A stretch of 64,000 bases of DNA from Octopus bimaculoides (taxonomy: Eukaryota): NCBI RefSeq assembly GCF_001194135.2, contig NC_068988.1, forward strand, positions 84,215,326-84,279,325, read 5' to 3'. Shown here in pieces: positions 39,990 to 53,094 of the stretch; positions within the stretch are counted from its first letter, which is position 1, and the number at the start of each line of letters is the position of its first letter. Position numbers and translations under genes: made by a program. The notes beneath the pieces were generated by a model, which was not told the origin of the DNA, searched no databases, and saw only the letters and a list, made by a program, of their open reading frames with translations.

Positions 39990-41610
39990 TGACGACGCAT
40001 AAAAATAATAATTTCTCCAATTGGTGCAAGGCCACACGTTTTAGGGGAGAATATATTTCTGGTAGCTGACTGATACTGTATTTTATTTTTAAGTCCAGAG
40101 AGATAAATATCAACGCTGACAAAATGTAAAACTCAGAATGTAACAGAGATTTAGTAATTAAATGCTGTAAGTGATTTTTGGTCCTGTGCTGTATTTATCA
40201 TTTGCGATAGCAGAATCAATAAAATACCTTGCTGTATTTAGTTGTCATCACTTTGTTAAATTCAAATCCAGTTCAGAGCAACTTTAAATGTCATCGTTTT
40301 AAAGTCAATAAAATAAAGTGCCTGTGAAGTGAGTGGATTGATTTCATCAACTATATCTCACCCTTGAAATTTATGGTCTTCTTCCTATGTTAGAAAACAG
40401 TTTTAGTATTAGAATGGTTGATTGGCAGAACTATTAGTGTTGGATAAAATGCCTTGAGGTATTTATTCTGGCTTTTTACATTCGAAGTTCAGATCAAAGG
40501 TCAGCTTTGTCCTTCATCCCTTCAGGGTTGATAATATATAGTATCAATCAAACGTTAGGAGTAATGATATTAACCTCGTCACCTCAAAATTGCTGGCACT
40601 TGTCCCTAAATTAGAAACAATTAAGAGTGATGGTTGGCAGAATTATTAGAGTACTAGCAAAAATAACCCCTGGTATTTGTTTTGGATTCTTGCATTCTGA
40701 GTTCAAATTCTGCTGGGGCCAAATTTACATTTCATCTTTTCAGGGTCAATAAAATAAATTTTAATACTGGAGTCACTGATATCAAGTAACCTTATTCCCT
40801 CAGAAACTATTATTATTGTAATTATTATTTACACTCAGAGGTCAAATCTGACAATGTTCATTTTTAAAGAGTGATAAGATAAAGTACTAGCCAAGTACTA
40901 GGTTTGAGGCTATCAACTAATCCCCTCACTTCATAATTAATTACTGGTCTTGTGCCTAGAGTTAGAAACCGTTATTAATCTGGTGGTGAATGTGCAGTAT
41001 TGATGAATGTCCAAGAAAATTTTAATTACGCACTTTAACATTGAGTTGATAAAATAGTTCCATTCAATGTCATGGTTGATTAGTCCTTTCTTACAAATTC
41101 ATACTTTTTTTTTACAAATTCATGCTTAGAAATCATTATTACAATGGCAGAAATCTGGCAGAAACGTTAGCACGCCGGGCGAAATGCTTAGCAGTATTTC
41201 GTCTGCCGTTACGTTCTGGGTTCAAATTCCGCCGAGGTTGACTTTGCCTTTCATCCTTTCGGGGTCGATAAATTAAGTACCAGTTACGCACTGGGGTCGA
41301 TGTAATCGACTTAATCACTTTGTCTGTCCTTGTTTGTCCCCTCTATGTTTAGCCCCTTGTGGGCAATAAAGAAATAAGAAATCATTATTAGGGCTCAAGT
41401 GAAGGGAGTGAGCTGACAGAATTGTTAGCATGACAGGCAACATGCTTAGTTGCACTTTGTCTTTAGGTTCTGCATCCCACTGAGATCAACTTTGCCATTC
41501 ATCCTTTCAGGGTCAATAAACTAAGTACCAGTTGATTATTGGGGTTGATTACATAGACTTGCCTCTTCCCTCGAACTTGTTGGCCTTGTGCCAAAATTTG
41601 AAACCATGAT
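39990..41610 (+). mobile_element. SINE-A cluster in the putative FAK intron (about 7 copies; young copy at 41146-41380)
   Basis: SINE-A motifs. The first copy (about 39990-40160) is inverted, and the 41146 copy retains its CpGs. Confidence 0.85.
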
Positions 41611-44600
41611 TAGGGCTTGGTTGAAGATGACACCAGATGACCCAGTAGTACCCTTTGAGGAACAGATGCCACTGTGATGTTGTTAGAAAAAGCAGGGTGA
41701 GAAGAGATTTGTGGACCAGAGGTTAGTTTGTATTGGCAAGTAGCTATGTGATAATGAGTTCGGTGATATTATTTTAGATGCAGTTTAAGATGCTTTTATC
41801 TTCCTATAAATTCCCATGTTGACATGTTTTGTCATAGACCAAGGAAGCAGTGTCCTTCCACACATCTCAGTTTTCATCATTTTAATGTATACTTTTCTAT
41901 GCTTGCATTGAATTCGTTAAGACAGATTTTCTATGACCAGGTGCCCTCCCTGTCATCAACCCTCATCTGTTTCCAAGTCAGGTAATAGTTTCCCATGACC
42001 AGACATATTTACATGGAGGATTGGGAACAAAGTGCATTGCTAGTTTGACACTGACCTCATTTACAACTCTATCGTGTGATGTTGAGACAAGGTGACACCA
42101 ATACACACACTGTTTACCAAATCCACTCACAAAGCTTTGGTTGACCCAGGGCTTTAGTAGAAGTCACTTGCTCAAAGTATCATACAGTGAGACTGAACCT
42201 GAAACCATGTGGTTGGGAAGCAAACTTCTTATCCACACAGTCATGTCTGGGCCTATATTACATATTACATTCTATAAGGATGCAGCTCACAACATGATGC
42301 TGCATCTATTTTATACTGACATGAGTGGGAGGATTCCTTTTGGAGAAAAATTATGACTATTTTGCATATTCTTAAGACAGTTGTCTTTTTCGGTACACCT
42401 TTTCCCATTTTCTGTTGTTAATTAGTCAGCTATATGTACAGATAGGACTGAAATAACTTGATAAACATCTCTACATCACCAATCATTGAATAAAGAGAGG
42501 TTGGTTATTGGTTTGGTTGGTTTATTGGTGTATCTTGTAATTATTATTACACCAATGTTGGATTTGTAGATTGCAACCAATCTTTCTCCACTCCCATGTT
42601 AGTTTGGATTGTTTAGATAAACAAAAGAAGCGAGAAGGGTGCAGAATATTGAATTGTAACTATTTTAAAGCTTTAGAAGGTTAGGGCTTCATGAGTTTCA
42701 TATAGTTTTTAGATCTATCGACTGCTGTATTCTCTGTTCATTGATGCTACATTGTTAAGTGTTTACCACTCAGTTATTTATACTTCTTACTATTATGTTT
42801 CTTGTTACCCATTACAAGATTATCATCCTGATTTCAAGTTTCACTACAATCATAGTGTTATGTTCCTGGATACAGCAAGATAGTTGTAGCCATGCAAGCC
42901 AAACAAAATTTGTCCTATCTAAAAACCAAAAGGAAGTTAAAGCTTTGTTTGCTGGTTGAGTAGCAAAGGAGAACAGCAGGTGGGATAGGGGTGACAGACG
43001 TCTAGTTTTTCTAAAAATCAATTGCACCGCCAATATATTTACACTTTTTGACAAAAAGCCATCTCTATTCATGCTGACATATTAAAAAACAAAATAATAA
43101 ATGAATGTAATTCATTGCTGCTTTAGTATCTTCGAATATTGAATTATAAATTGGTAGTAGAAAGATTCAACTATTTTTGCTATTTGTCATGAATTTTATG
43201 TTTATAAAAGAATGTAAGAACTTCCAATTAAAAACAAATGCTTGTTGGCACCATTTCATCTTCCTGCGTCAAACCAACTACAAAGCCTCTATGCAGCTAT
43301 TTGATTTTCCTAGAAATGGCTGCCAAATCTCTCAAATTGCACCCTATTTACTGTCTTAAAAATGGACACCTTGGATAAAACAGTACTATGTACACTACCT
43401 CAGAAAACAATTTGAATGATCATAGCTGGAATAGCTTTGATTGTAGGTCTGCTTAGTCAGGACTCATTTAAAACACAGAAAAATAAAGAAATGTCGAACA
43501 CTTATCAACATAAGTTCAATACTTTTTACTAGTTTACAATTTCCTGTGAAAATTTTGAAATATAAAACTGGGTTCAGTGACTCATCCTAGCATTGATTGG
43601 GATTTTACTCTAATTGAGAAGATATAATATTGCAGAGTGCAATCAATACAAACAGGAAACTTCATTATGGTTGCTTAATTTGTTAGAAATAGCAGTAAAA
43701 TCTGCCTCAAATTATAACCCTATTGTCTTAGAAAAAGAAAAGAAAAACAACAGGTCAGACATGTTGGATAATGTAGTGTTGAGAGTTGGTTTGACTGCAT
43801 CACTTTTGATCATGGATTTGCTGGATCAGGTGTGACTGGAGCTATAAACAGTGACAATAACAATATTAGATTGTGTTGGTATCAGAAACAGAAGACCTCA
43901 AGAAATATGTATATATGTGTGTGTATAAATGTATAAATTTTCCAAATGCATCCTGTCCATGCTAACATGCAAAAAAAAAAAAAAAAAAAATGTAAACTAA
44001 TAAGAATTTTAAAAAATCCCCAAATTGGGTAATGGCACATGAATGACTGAATTGAAAACATTTAAACCCCAAGTTTTTTTCCTTTTTTGTTTGTTTGGCA
44101 AAGCTGAAGGGGACTCAGCAGTGGGGATGGAGGATTCTATGACCTAAAAAGTAAATAAATGAGAAAGAAAAAAATGCACTTCTTCCTTGAAGCATCTGAT
44201 TCTTCATGGTAGAAATCAATTTTTCTGCCTTTCACCTCTTCCCCTTCCTCATTCCATATGGAACAATTCTTAAGTAGCAACTAGAAAAGAAAGAGCTAGT
44301 TGATACCATTGTTACTCAATCCAGCAGATCTTAAGGGAAAGGGTGGCAGCTGTGGTAGGGGTTGGATGTCCTATATGGTGATGATGATATAAAAGATTAG
44401 TAGGAAAGTTGGATCAATAATATGGAAAAGATGGTTAATGGCTGGATGAGGAAGAAAATGCACACACATTCACATAATGTAGAAGGAGTTTCAAATCTAT
44501 TAAAATTATATTTGAAGATGTTTTAGCAGGAATTTGGCAGATGTTTTTTTAATTTTATTCTTTGGGGGTTTCAAACAAAATGAAAACAAAAGCTTTTCTT

Positions 44601-45239
44601 TTTCAATCTTAGCCTCCCCCACTTTTTTCCCCCTATTTCCACCATTTTATATAATATTTGTTTTCTTTTATGCATAAGGTATTTAAGGTGAGGTTAGTAT
44701 TGATCTGCCTGAATGAAGTCCCATGTGAGTTGCAGCCAATGTTGTACAAGTTCCAAGTCTGAAAACAGAAAAGAGTGGGAAAGGTGGGGGAAGGATGTGA
44801 GTTTTCCCCAAGAATTAGAAATAAATCAATATTTTAGATTAAAAAAAAAAAATCTAGTCTTTGATTTATTTTTTAATCATACTATGATGACTATTTTTAT
44901 TTTCATATTTAAATACCCTTTTATACTAAAAACTACTCAAATTTCAATATAACATGTAATCCCTTGTCAACCAAGCAAACTGAGGTAATCAGTCATGTAC
45001 CTTATCTAGTGGCACAACCCTGTACTTGTTACATCTTGCTTATTGTGGTAACATGGGTGGGCATATTCTTTTGGGGCAAAGTATAGATATTTACATATTG
45101 TTGAAGCAGTTGCCTTCATAGGTAAACCTTTCTTCCCATCTTGTTGTTAATCGGTCTACTATAATTACAAATAGATCTTGCTTGGTAACTGATTTTCCAG
45201 TGGCATAAATGTATTAGTTGTAAGGTCTTGAATTCATAA

Positions 45240-45730
45240 CCCACATGGTCAATGATGTTTCAACTGTTGCACATCTTGGCTGAGACAATAAGATGCAAGT
45301 ATCAGTTTAAAGGTTCACAGTTCATACCACATCATCAAACTTTAGTCTTCAGCAAAAAAACATTTTAACAGTTAGTGGACAGTCAGATCTAATTTAGAGC
45401 TAATTCACTTTGGAAAAGAAGATATCTGGGCCAACAATTAGACAAATCTTCAGTTATCCATCACAATGATGACATCAAGCTGAACAATCAAATTTATCAA
45501 GTCCTGTAGGCACATCTTCAGTTGTTCAATATACTAGTGAAGTTGATGACCAACAGTCATACCTTTAATTGTCCACTTGAATGAGGATACCAACTGATAT
45601 ATACAGTCACATTAACTATATACTGTTACTATACCAGGAGTGGTAAACGACAACTTGCAGGCCATATCCAGTCCATGACCTCATTCCATCTGGCCTGATA
45701 AATTCAGTGAATATGTGACATTGCAAACAA
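45240..45730 (-). mobile_element. Decayed AP-endonuclease region of an RTE/BovB-like LINE
   Basis: Minus-strand IEQLKMCLQDLINLIVQLDVIIVMDN* resembles the endonuclease motif FY..LQ.L....PKxDVxIxxGDxNA. Heavily degenerate. Confidence 0.4.
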
Positions 45731-46904
45731 AAAATCTTTCGTTTTTTCATTTCTTTTCTTTGGTTCATGGATAATAAAATTTAAAGTAAAGTAGAGCAAA
45801 GTTGTGTAAAGTAGAGCAAGATTTCTTGCAGTTGATAAAAAAAATCTAAGTTTCTTCAGGTGCATAAGTAGTAATTGCTTTCACCTTCCTGAATAAATGG
45901 AATAATTGACTACCAGGGTCTCATATTAATTTATATGACTTATTGATTCTAAGAAAGGTGGGAGTGACAAAAATTGTCTGAGTAAAACAGGTTATCTAGT
46001 TGGTTTACTTTATTTGAAACTACTGTTACTCCCATTCATCTGAACTACTGTTTTAACCATTAACTATATTATTATAGTATAGATGTTATGTCATAGAGAA
46101 GACCTACGCATACACACTGATTATTAAGGTAGCTCTGGAAAATGGAATCACCAGTAGCATTGAAGCAACCTTGGGAAAACTATTAAGAATAAGGAAAGAG
46201 GGAGATACTTTATCTCTACACCATCCTCATCATGAGTAATAATACCAATGTTATGTACTTTCTGATGTAGACATAAACTTATAAACATGTTTGCTGTTAC
46301 ATAGAGAATATGAAAGTACTTTTATAAACATCATTATACATGTATATGATTTCTATAATGGAAACATTGTGTTGAAAGTTAATCTAACAGCTGGACTATC
46401 ATGGTTTCATTTTTATTTCTTAGTAGGAGGGCTTCTGAGATTGGTGAGAGTTGGGGAAGAAGGTATCCATAAAATTGAGTCTGGTCCCAAACACTAGCAA
46501 CAGAGTGGAAACCACTAAAATCATCGAAGGTGCCACATGGTGGTGTTAAATCATATGATGAACTAAGTCATATGATGACCATGTAGGTCATGGTAGGATT
46601 TGAACTCGGAACACTAAGAGCCAGAACAAATACTGCAAGACATCAAGTCCAACATAGTTCCACCAATCTATTATCTTGTATTGGGATTTTTTTTTTTTTT
46701 ATTGAGCTACAAAAGAATGGAAAGTGAAGTTGAACTCTTTGCACTCACCACAGGCTCAATATACTTGATTCAGGTAGGGAATGAATTAAAAATCACTTTT
46801 ACAGAAAACTTGATTTGAAGATTTGAAATTTCATATTGATAAAAGCCAAAAATGCTTTTGGAAATCAGAATCAAACATTTTATGTAAATGTATGTAAATG
46901 TATG

Positions 46905-47483
46905 NNNNNNNNNNNNNNNNNNNNNNNNNNNNNNNNNNNNNNNNNNNNNNNNNNNNNNNNNNNNNNNNNNNNNNNNNNNNNNNNNNNNNNNNNNNNNNNN
47001 NNNNNNNNNNNNNNNNNNNNNNNNNNNNNNNNNNNNNNNNNNNNNNNNNNNNNNNNNNNNNNNNNNNNNNNNNNNNNNNNNNNNNNNNNNNNNNNNNNNN
47101 NNNNNNNNNNNNNNNNNNNNNNNNNNNNNNNNNNNNNNNNNNNNNNNNNNNNNNNNNNNNNNNNNNNNNNNNNNNNNNNNNNNNNNNNNNNNNNNNNNNN
47201 NNNNNNNNNNNNNNNNNNNNNNNNNNNNNNNNNNNNNNNNNNNNNNNNNNNNNNNNNNNNNNNNNNNNNNNNNNNNNNNNNNNNNNNNNNNNNNNNNNNN
47301 NNNNNNNNNNNNNNNNNNNNNNNNNNNNNNNNNNNNNNNNNNNNNNNNNNNNNNNNNNNNNNNNNNNNNNNNNNNNNNNNNNNNNNNNNNNNNNNNNNNN
47401 NNNNNNNNNNNNNNNNNNNNNNNNNNNNNNNNNNNNNNNNNNNNNNNNNNNNNNNNNNNNNNNNNNNNNNNNNNNNNNNNNNN
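46905..47483. other. Assembly gap (N run)
   Basis: N run. A 10-N gap also lies at 21216-21225, flanked by a duplicated gccttgtgc. Confidence 1.
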
Positions 47484-47493
47484 TATATATATA

Positions 47494-47753
47494 TATATAT
47501 AAAATATATAGTTTTGGGGAAAATAACCAATTTTCAAGAACTCATTGATGAAAATCCACTATCACATATTATTATATTTATATTATTATTATATTATATT
47601 ATATTATATTTATCTTATGATATTTACTTTACTTTATATTATACTCATTTATTGTGCTTTTAATTATTAATTTTTCTATATGTGATAGTGGATTTTCATC
47701 GATGAGTTCTTGAAAATTGGTTATTTTCCCTAAAACTATATATTTTATATATA
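47494..47753. mobile_element. Foldback/MITE with ~76-bp TIRs and an AT-rich spacer in (TA)n
   Basis: Arms at about 47494-47569 and 47678-47753 with two mismatches; TA flanks; immediately next to an assembly gap. Confidence 0.75.
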
Positions 47754-47879
47754 CTTTATCTATAAGGCTCAATTTAATTTTAATTTTTTATAAATTGATT
47801 TTAATTGAGTTTTTTTACCTGTAATTTTGGATTTTGTCCCTAATATTATTACTTTATTAGAATCACTTTTCAGAATAAC

Positions 47880-48255
47880 ATCAAAAGATTTTTAAAAAAT
47901 CACCTTGGGCAAGTGTTTTCTACCGTAGCCTTGTGAGTGAAATTGGTAAATGAAAACTGAAAGAAGCCTGATGTATATTTGTGTGTGTGCACACACGCAC
48001 ACATGCATGCTACTCTCGCTTTGCCCTAACATCATGTGATAGTTGTAAGCAAGCGTCACCATTATGCAAGTAGTGTTCTTTGTTTCTAATTTTCCAAGAC
48101 ATTGTCTGGTAACGGGAAATATTACTTTACTTGGAAACAAGTGAGGGATCGCAGCATAAAGGGCATCCAACTGTAGAAAATCCACCTCAACAAATTCTGT
48201 CTTACTTATGCAAGTATGGAAAAGCAGACATTAAAATGATGATGATGATGATATT
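47880..48255 (+). mobile_element. SINE-B head with alternative 3' body ending (GAT)n; related pieces at about 12230-12480, 41860-42110(-), 58185-58400 and 59480-59770
   Basis: Shared motif ggaagggcatccagctgtagaaaatctgcctcaacaaattc...catgcaagcatggaaaag...aaatgatgatgatg. Confidence 0.75.
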
Positions 48256-48815
48256 TCATAAGCACACTAAGAACTTTATTATTCCACAGTACTGTTGCGC
48301 AGTCCACTTTTAAAATAAGAGAATAAATTAGTTATCAAAAAAAAGAAAAAAAAAAAAAAGGATTTTTCATCTTCAGATGTGATATTACTTTTGTAGTAGG
48401 TATGTAAAAAAAAATTAATTTCCTAAGGATGCAGGTGGGAGAGCATAGGGAAGGTTGGGAACACACTAAACAAAGTGGACTGTCTTAGTCACATGGCACA
48501 TGTTTACATCTCGGTAGACTGGGCTATCACCTAGTATCTATATTATATACAGCTAGGTGGACTGGCCCAATCTGTCAAGTGCCATGACTACAGACACTGT
48601 AGTCATGGCACTTCCCCTACTCTCTTGCATTTCTAGTCAGACAACCTATTCTCTGTCCTCTTCACCCCATCCACCTCATAGTATCTCTCTCTTTCTCCCC
48701 CCCCCCACCTTCCCAATACATCTCTACTTTCCATCCATCATCACCATTACCAGAAATGTTAATGTTTTTGTCAAAGTATAGTGGTGGTACATTTGTATGA
48801 AATTGCCAGTGGACT

Positions 48816-48858
<43 letters not shown>

Positions 48859-49544
48859 ACGGCTAAATGTCACTGTAGGGACAATCTAATCTGAACTTCT
48901 GGTATATTTCTCTGACTCTCCATTTACTGCAGCCCGTTGTTTTGTTTCAGACAGAAACCACACCTTTTTGCCTTTGGAGGGTGGCAGTGGAATTTGTATT
49001 TGTTTGTGTAAAGCTGTGTCTGCGTGTGTGTGTGCACCAGTGCAGTGTATGTATGTATGTATGTATGTATGTATCTTTCCATATGCATGTATCAGTGACG
49101 TGTGTATGGCTGTGCGTATGCCTCTGTGTGTATGTAAGTCTGTGTCCATGTATGTCTGAATGCGCTTGCCTCCTGGTGTATATGTGAGTCTGCATGAATG
49201 TACCCTACTAATAATGCTATAAAACACACTATCTCCCTTCCCCTTTTATTCGAGCAAGTATTCTCCAAGATCTTTTTTTCTCTTTTTTTTTTTTTTTACT
49301 ATAACTGGTTGGGTGGGGAAAATATGTCGAAAAATCCAAGTGTACTCACTGTATTAGATGGTTATGAAGGTTAGTATTTGTCACTTGAACTGGCAGGTCT
49401 CCCCCATTTGAGGATACCTTCTTCGTGCCATTCCACCAGTCTCAGAAGCCCTTTTAAACAACTTTCTGCTCAGTGAGAGTGGAGATAGGGGAATGTAGTA
49501 CAAGGGTATACAAAGGCTCAGTCACCAGGTATGTGTTAGTGCAA

Positions 49545-50140
49545 TAATAATTCTTTCTATTATAGGTGCAAGGCTTGAAATATTGACGGAGGGAGCTACT
49601 TGGCTACATCAGCCACAATGCTCAACTGTTACCTACTTCATTGCCTCAAAAGGATGAGAACAAAGTTGACCTTAACAGCATCTGGAGTTGAAAGAAATAC
49701 TGATAAACATTTTGTCTGATGTACTAATGATTCTTCCAGCTCACTGCCTTAATAAAAATAATTTCAAATTTTGGTACAAGGCCAGCAATTTCAGGGAAGG
49801 GGCCTAGTCAATTACATCAATCCCAGTGTATGACTAGTGACTTATTTTATCAACCCTGAAAGGTTGAAAAGTAAAGTTGACCTCACCAGAATTTGAATTC
49901 AGAATGTAGAGCCAGAAGAAATGCTGCTAAGCATTTTGTCTGGCATACTAATAATTCTGCTAGCTTGCTGCCTTAATAATTTCTAAAATAAGCATGAAGC
50001 CATAAATTTGGTGGAAAAGGAATAGTTATTCAGTACTTGACAGGTAGATTATTTTGTTGGTCCTTAGGATCATTGAAGGCATGTTGGCCATAATGGGATT
50101 TGGACTCTGGACCTAAGTATTTCACAGCATTTTGTCCCTT
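49545..50140 (-). mobile_element. Three tandem SINE-A copies in reverse orientation
   Basis: Reverse-complement motifs (aaaggatgaaaggcaaagtcgacc; gaatttgaactcagaa; ctgccagctc). Confidence 0.85.
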
Positions 50141-50819
50141 GCTCTGCTAAGTCTGTGAGAATCTAAAGTCTTGGTATTAAGCACTGTAATCACCAACTGA
50201 CAAAGGAAAGGATAACAGACTGTATATACCTGGACCACATATCTATCTATCTATCTATATATATATATGTGTGTGTGTGTGTTTGGTGAATACTAGTTAT
50301 TACATCAGTATTTGGCTGAAAATTTGTGAGTTTTAGCCTTAAATTACTGTGCTTTTCCTGATTCACTTCACTAATAATTCAGCACCCTTAATGCTCAAAA
50401 TTATTTCACGTTTATTGACCCCTGGATAGCGAAACAAATACCCCCTCCCCAAAGGTTAATGCTGACCATTTTGTCAACTTCTGTTCTAATTAAACTGAAT
50501 ACAAGGCAGAATGGTCACAGTCACAACACCTACTTACTGTATGTCTGCTGGATCAGGGGTGACTTCAGCTAAACAGCAATATAACACTGTATAACATTGT
50601 TAATCTGTTGCTGCTGGGTGCAAAGTGTCAATATCTAACAGTGAAAGTTACTTAGGACAAAAGCAGCAGATTTGGGTGGGGCAGTCACGGATGTTGGGTC
50701 ACAGATGAGATGATGCAGGATTGAGAAGAAGGGTGGTACATTTTATTTGTAGACATGTCCACGCATAGCTAAGTTCTAAAGCCCTTAACGTTTCAGACAT
50801 TGCTCTAACTTGTTGTCCA

Positions 50820-51242
50820 TAAGCGCTCTAGCATTTAAACCAGCCATATCCAGCCGAAATATTCTATCTGGTTTATGCTCAAACTAGCCAGATCCTGCTT
50901 CTTGCGCCTACTTTATACTGTCATTTTAAAAATATACAATCATATTATTAAAAATTCGAAGCTATAAGATAATGTATGATTAATTCAAAACATTGTTGAT
51001 AGATGGCAGAGTGATCTGAATGCTAAAGGGTTAAATCAGCTATATCCAGTCCAAATATTCTACTTGGTTTATGCTCAAACTAGCCAGATCCTGCCTCTCA
51101 CACCTATTTTACACTGTCATTCTAAAAATATATAACCATCTCATTAAAAATTGAAAGCTATGAGATGATGCATGACTTAATTCAAAACAATGTGAATAAA
51201 TAAGCGTTACATTGGACAATAATCTGAATGCTAAAGGGGTAA
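50820..51242 (-). mobile_element. Two tandem piggyBac-type MITE copies
   Basis: Two ~210-bp homologous units, each ending AATGCTAAAGGG(T/G)TAA (51034 and 51242). Confidence 0.8.
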
Positions 51243-52201
51243 GGAACAGTGAAATAACCAGGATTAAAATTCCAAATACAGCTGATGTTTTATACATTTG
51301 AAACAAGGCATTTTGTCCTACATAGCCTCTGTTCACCTAAAAATTTATACTAAAGATACCAGATCAGATGTTAATAACAATACTATAGGTACCAGATAAT
51401 TTGGGATGTTAATAATGTGCTATCTCTGTCCTCCAGTAAAAAAAAAAATGCTTCTCAATTCTATGACCTCTGCTCTACTTCTCCACACTGACCTATTGGG
51501 TAGTAAATGTTAAAATGTTCATACTAATTAGGTCTTATATCACAAAAAAATATTCTCTAAATAGTCTTATAAAGAATGTATTAAAACTTTTTTTTAACAC
51601 TGATATTTTTTTAACTGCTTTATCAAAGGGTTTATAGCTAGCTCATCTGTGAATAACAGTGCTACACTAATTTCTTTTCAAATAACTTAAATATGTTCAA
51701 TATAAACTAAAATCAAAATGACATTTCTGTGACATATCGTAAAAAGAAGAAAATAAAAAAAAAGCATTAATGAGACAAACAATCACGTTTTCTTCTCATG
51801 GCTGTTGGGTTTGTTATACAGAGGCTGCTTTTTACATTTTATATGCTGTTATACATAGGCTGTTCTTTGCATTTTATGTGATACAATGTCATCTACTCAG
51901 TGGTTCAGCACATTTGTCATCCTCTTTCTCTCAAGCTAATATTTCTCACTCCCTCATTCTCACTGTCCTCCACATTCTCTCTTTCCCTTTCACATTTTTC
52001 ACTTTCTAAACACATGTGTATGCACAAATAACACAGCTGTAGATACTCCTAAAAATAAATTAGGCTGATTACAGTTGAAATATGGTTTGATCATAGGTCT
52101 GTTTGATCATTATTGATCTTGGGCTAAACTACATTTGATTTTATGATACATGATTTGTTATGAATCAATATTTATTATTTTTTTTTTTTTCCCCATTTCA
52201 G

Positions 52202-52423
52202 ATTGCTCAATGGAGTAAACTGTGGCGTTTGATTCAGGGCAGTGACTGTGACACATGTCGAGACTTGGGTGTTGATTTGGCACCCAGTGGTGCTTCTTCT
52301 CAGCTAGATCAAGAGCTTGATCACAGAGTGAAGCGTTTTCTGATGGAGCGTCATATACTTCGCATCCATCTTCCAAATGGAGGATTCAGTATGGTGAAAT
52401 ATGGCGATGCAACCGACATTAAG
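52202..52423 (+). CDS. PTK2: Focal adhesion kinase (FAK/PTK2) exon encoding the N-terminal start of the FERM domain
   Basis: Seen: polypyrimidine tract plus CAG acceptor (AG 52200-52201) and AAG|GTAAAT donor (GT 52424-52425). The 222 nt give 74 open codons ending MERHILRIHLPNGGFSMVKYGDATDIK. Knowledge (from memory): this matches the FAK FERM start (human MERVLKVFHYF...IIRHGDATDVR; invertebrate L(K/R)VHLPNGGFNxVKYGDATDIK), with a phase-0 intron after DATDxK/R. ATG at 52343 may be the conserved start. No further FAK exon was found before 64000. Confidence 0.88.
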
Positions 52424-52499
52424 GTAAATATATGTTTATTTCACTCTTTTTTTTTGTCTTTAAAGTTAAAATTGAATCTGTCTGCAAATCAGAGTGTCT

Positions 52500-52690
52500 G
52501 TAGGGCCAGTGATAAGGATATATCTGTCAAATGTATTGCTTATCTATTCACGCTGTTTTGAATTAACCACACATTGTCTTGTAACTTTGAGATTTCGATT
52601 ACATGATACTTTATTTTTGGAATGACATTGTAAGGTATGTCTGACCAGTTTGAACATAAAAACAACTATATGTTGGCCAGATAAGGTCAT
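52500..52690 (+). mobile_element. piggyBac-type MITE copy just downstream of the FAK exon
   Basis: Homologous to the 28200 element; ends aatgttaaatggttaa. Confidence 0.65.
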
Positions 52691-53094
52691 TTCAAATGTT
52701 AAATGGTTAAACAATGTCTTTCACTCACTTCCTCATGGTACCATTTTTAAAAATTATTCTAAAGAAGGTGAAAAAGGAAAAACACTACAAACCATTTTCT
52801 TATTAACTAAATATACTGATATTTTGATGACTTATATCAGGTGTTAAGACATCACATCACATATAAGTCAATCTAATATATACATATAAATCATACCCAG
52901 TCATGCTGTGAAAATTACTAGGTGGTAGAGCCCAAGTTAAGTGTACCATTGATACTCATCAAGCCCAGTGTGTCACAGTTAAACCACTGTAATGGAGATA
53001 TGCGCACTTCATAAATATCGTGTTAGGTTCAAAATATTACACAGCATTTAGTAAGCTATATTGTGTATATATAATGTTGATATACATTATATAA

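Noticed and set aside
46770-47663. Long ORFs (204-275 aa) in the ORF track
   Set aside because: They are artefacts of reading through the 579-N gap. The same applies to the ORFs at 36363-36796.
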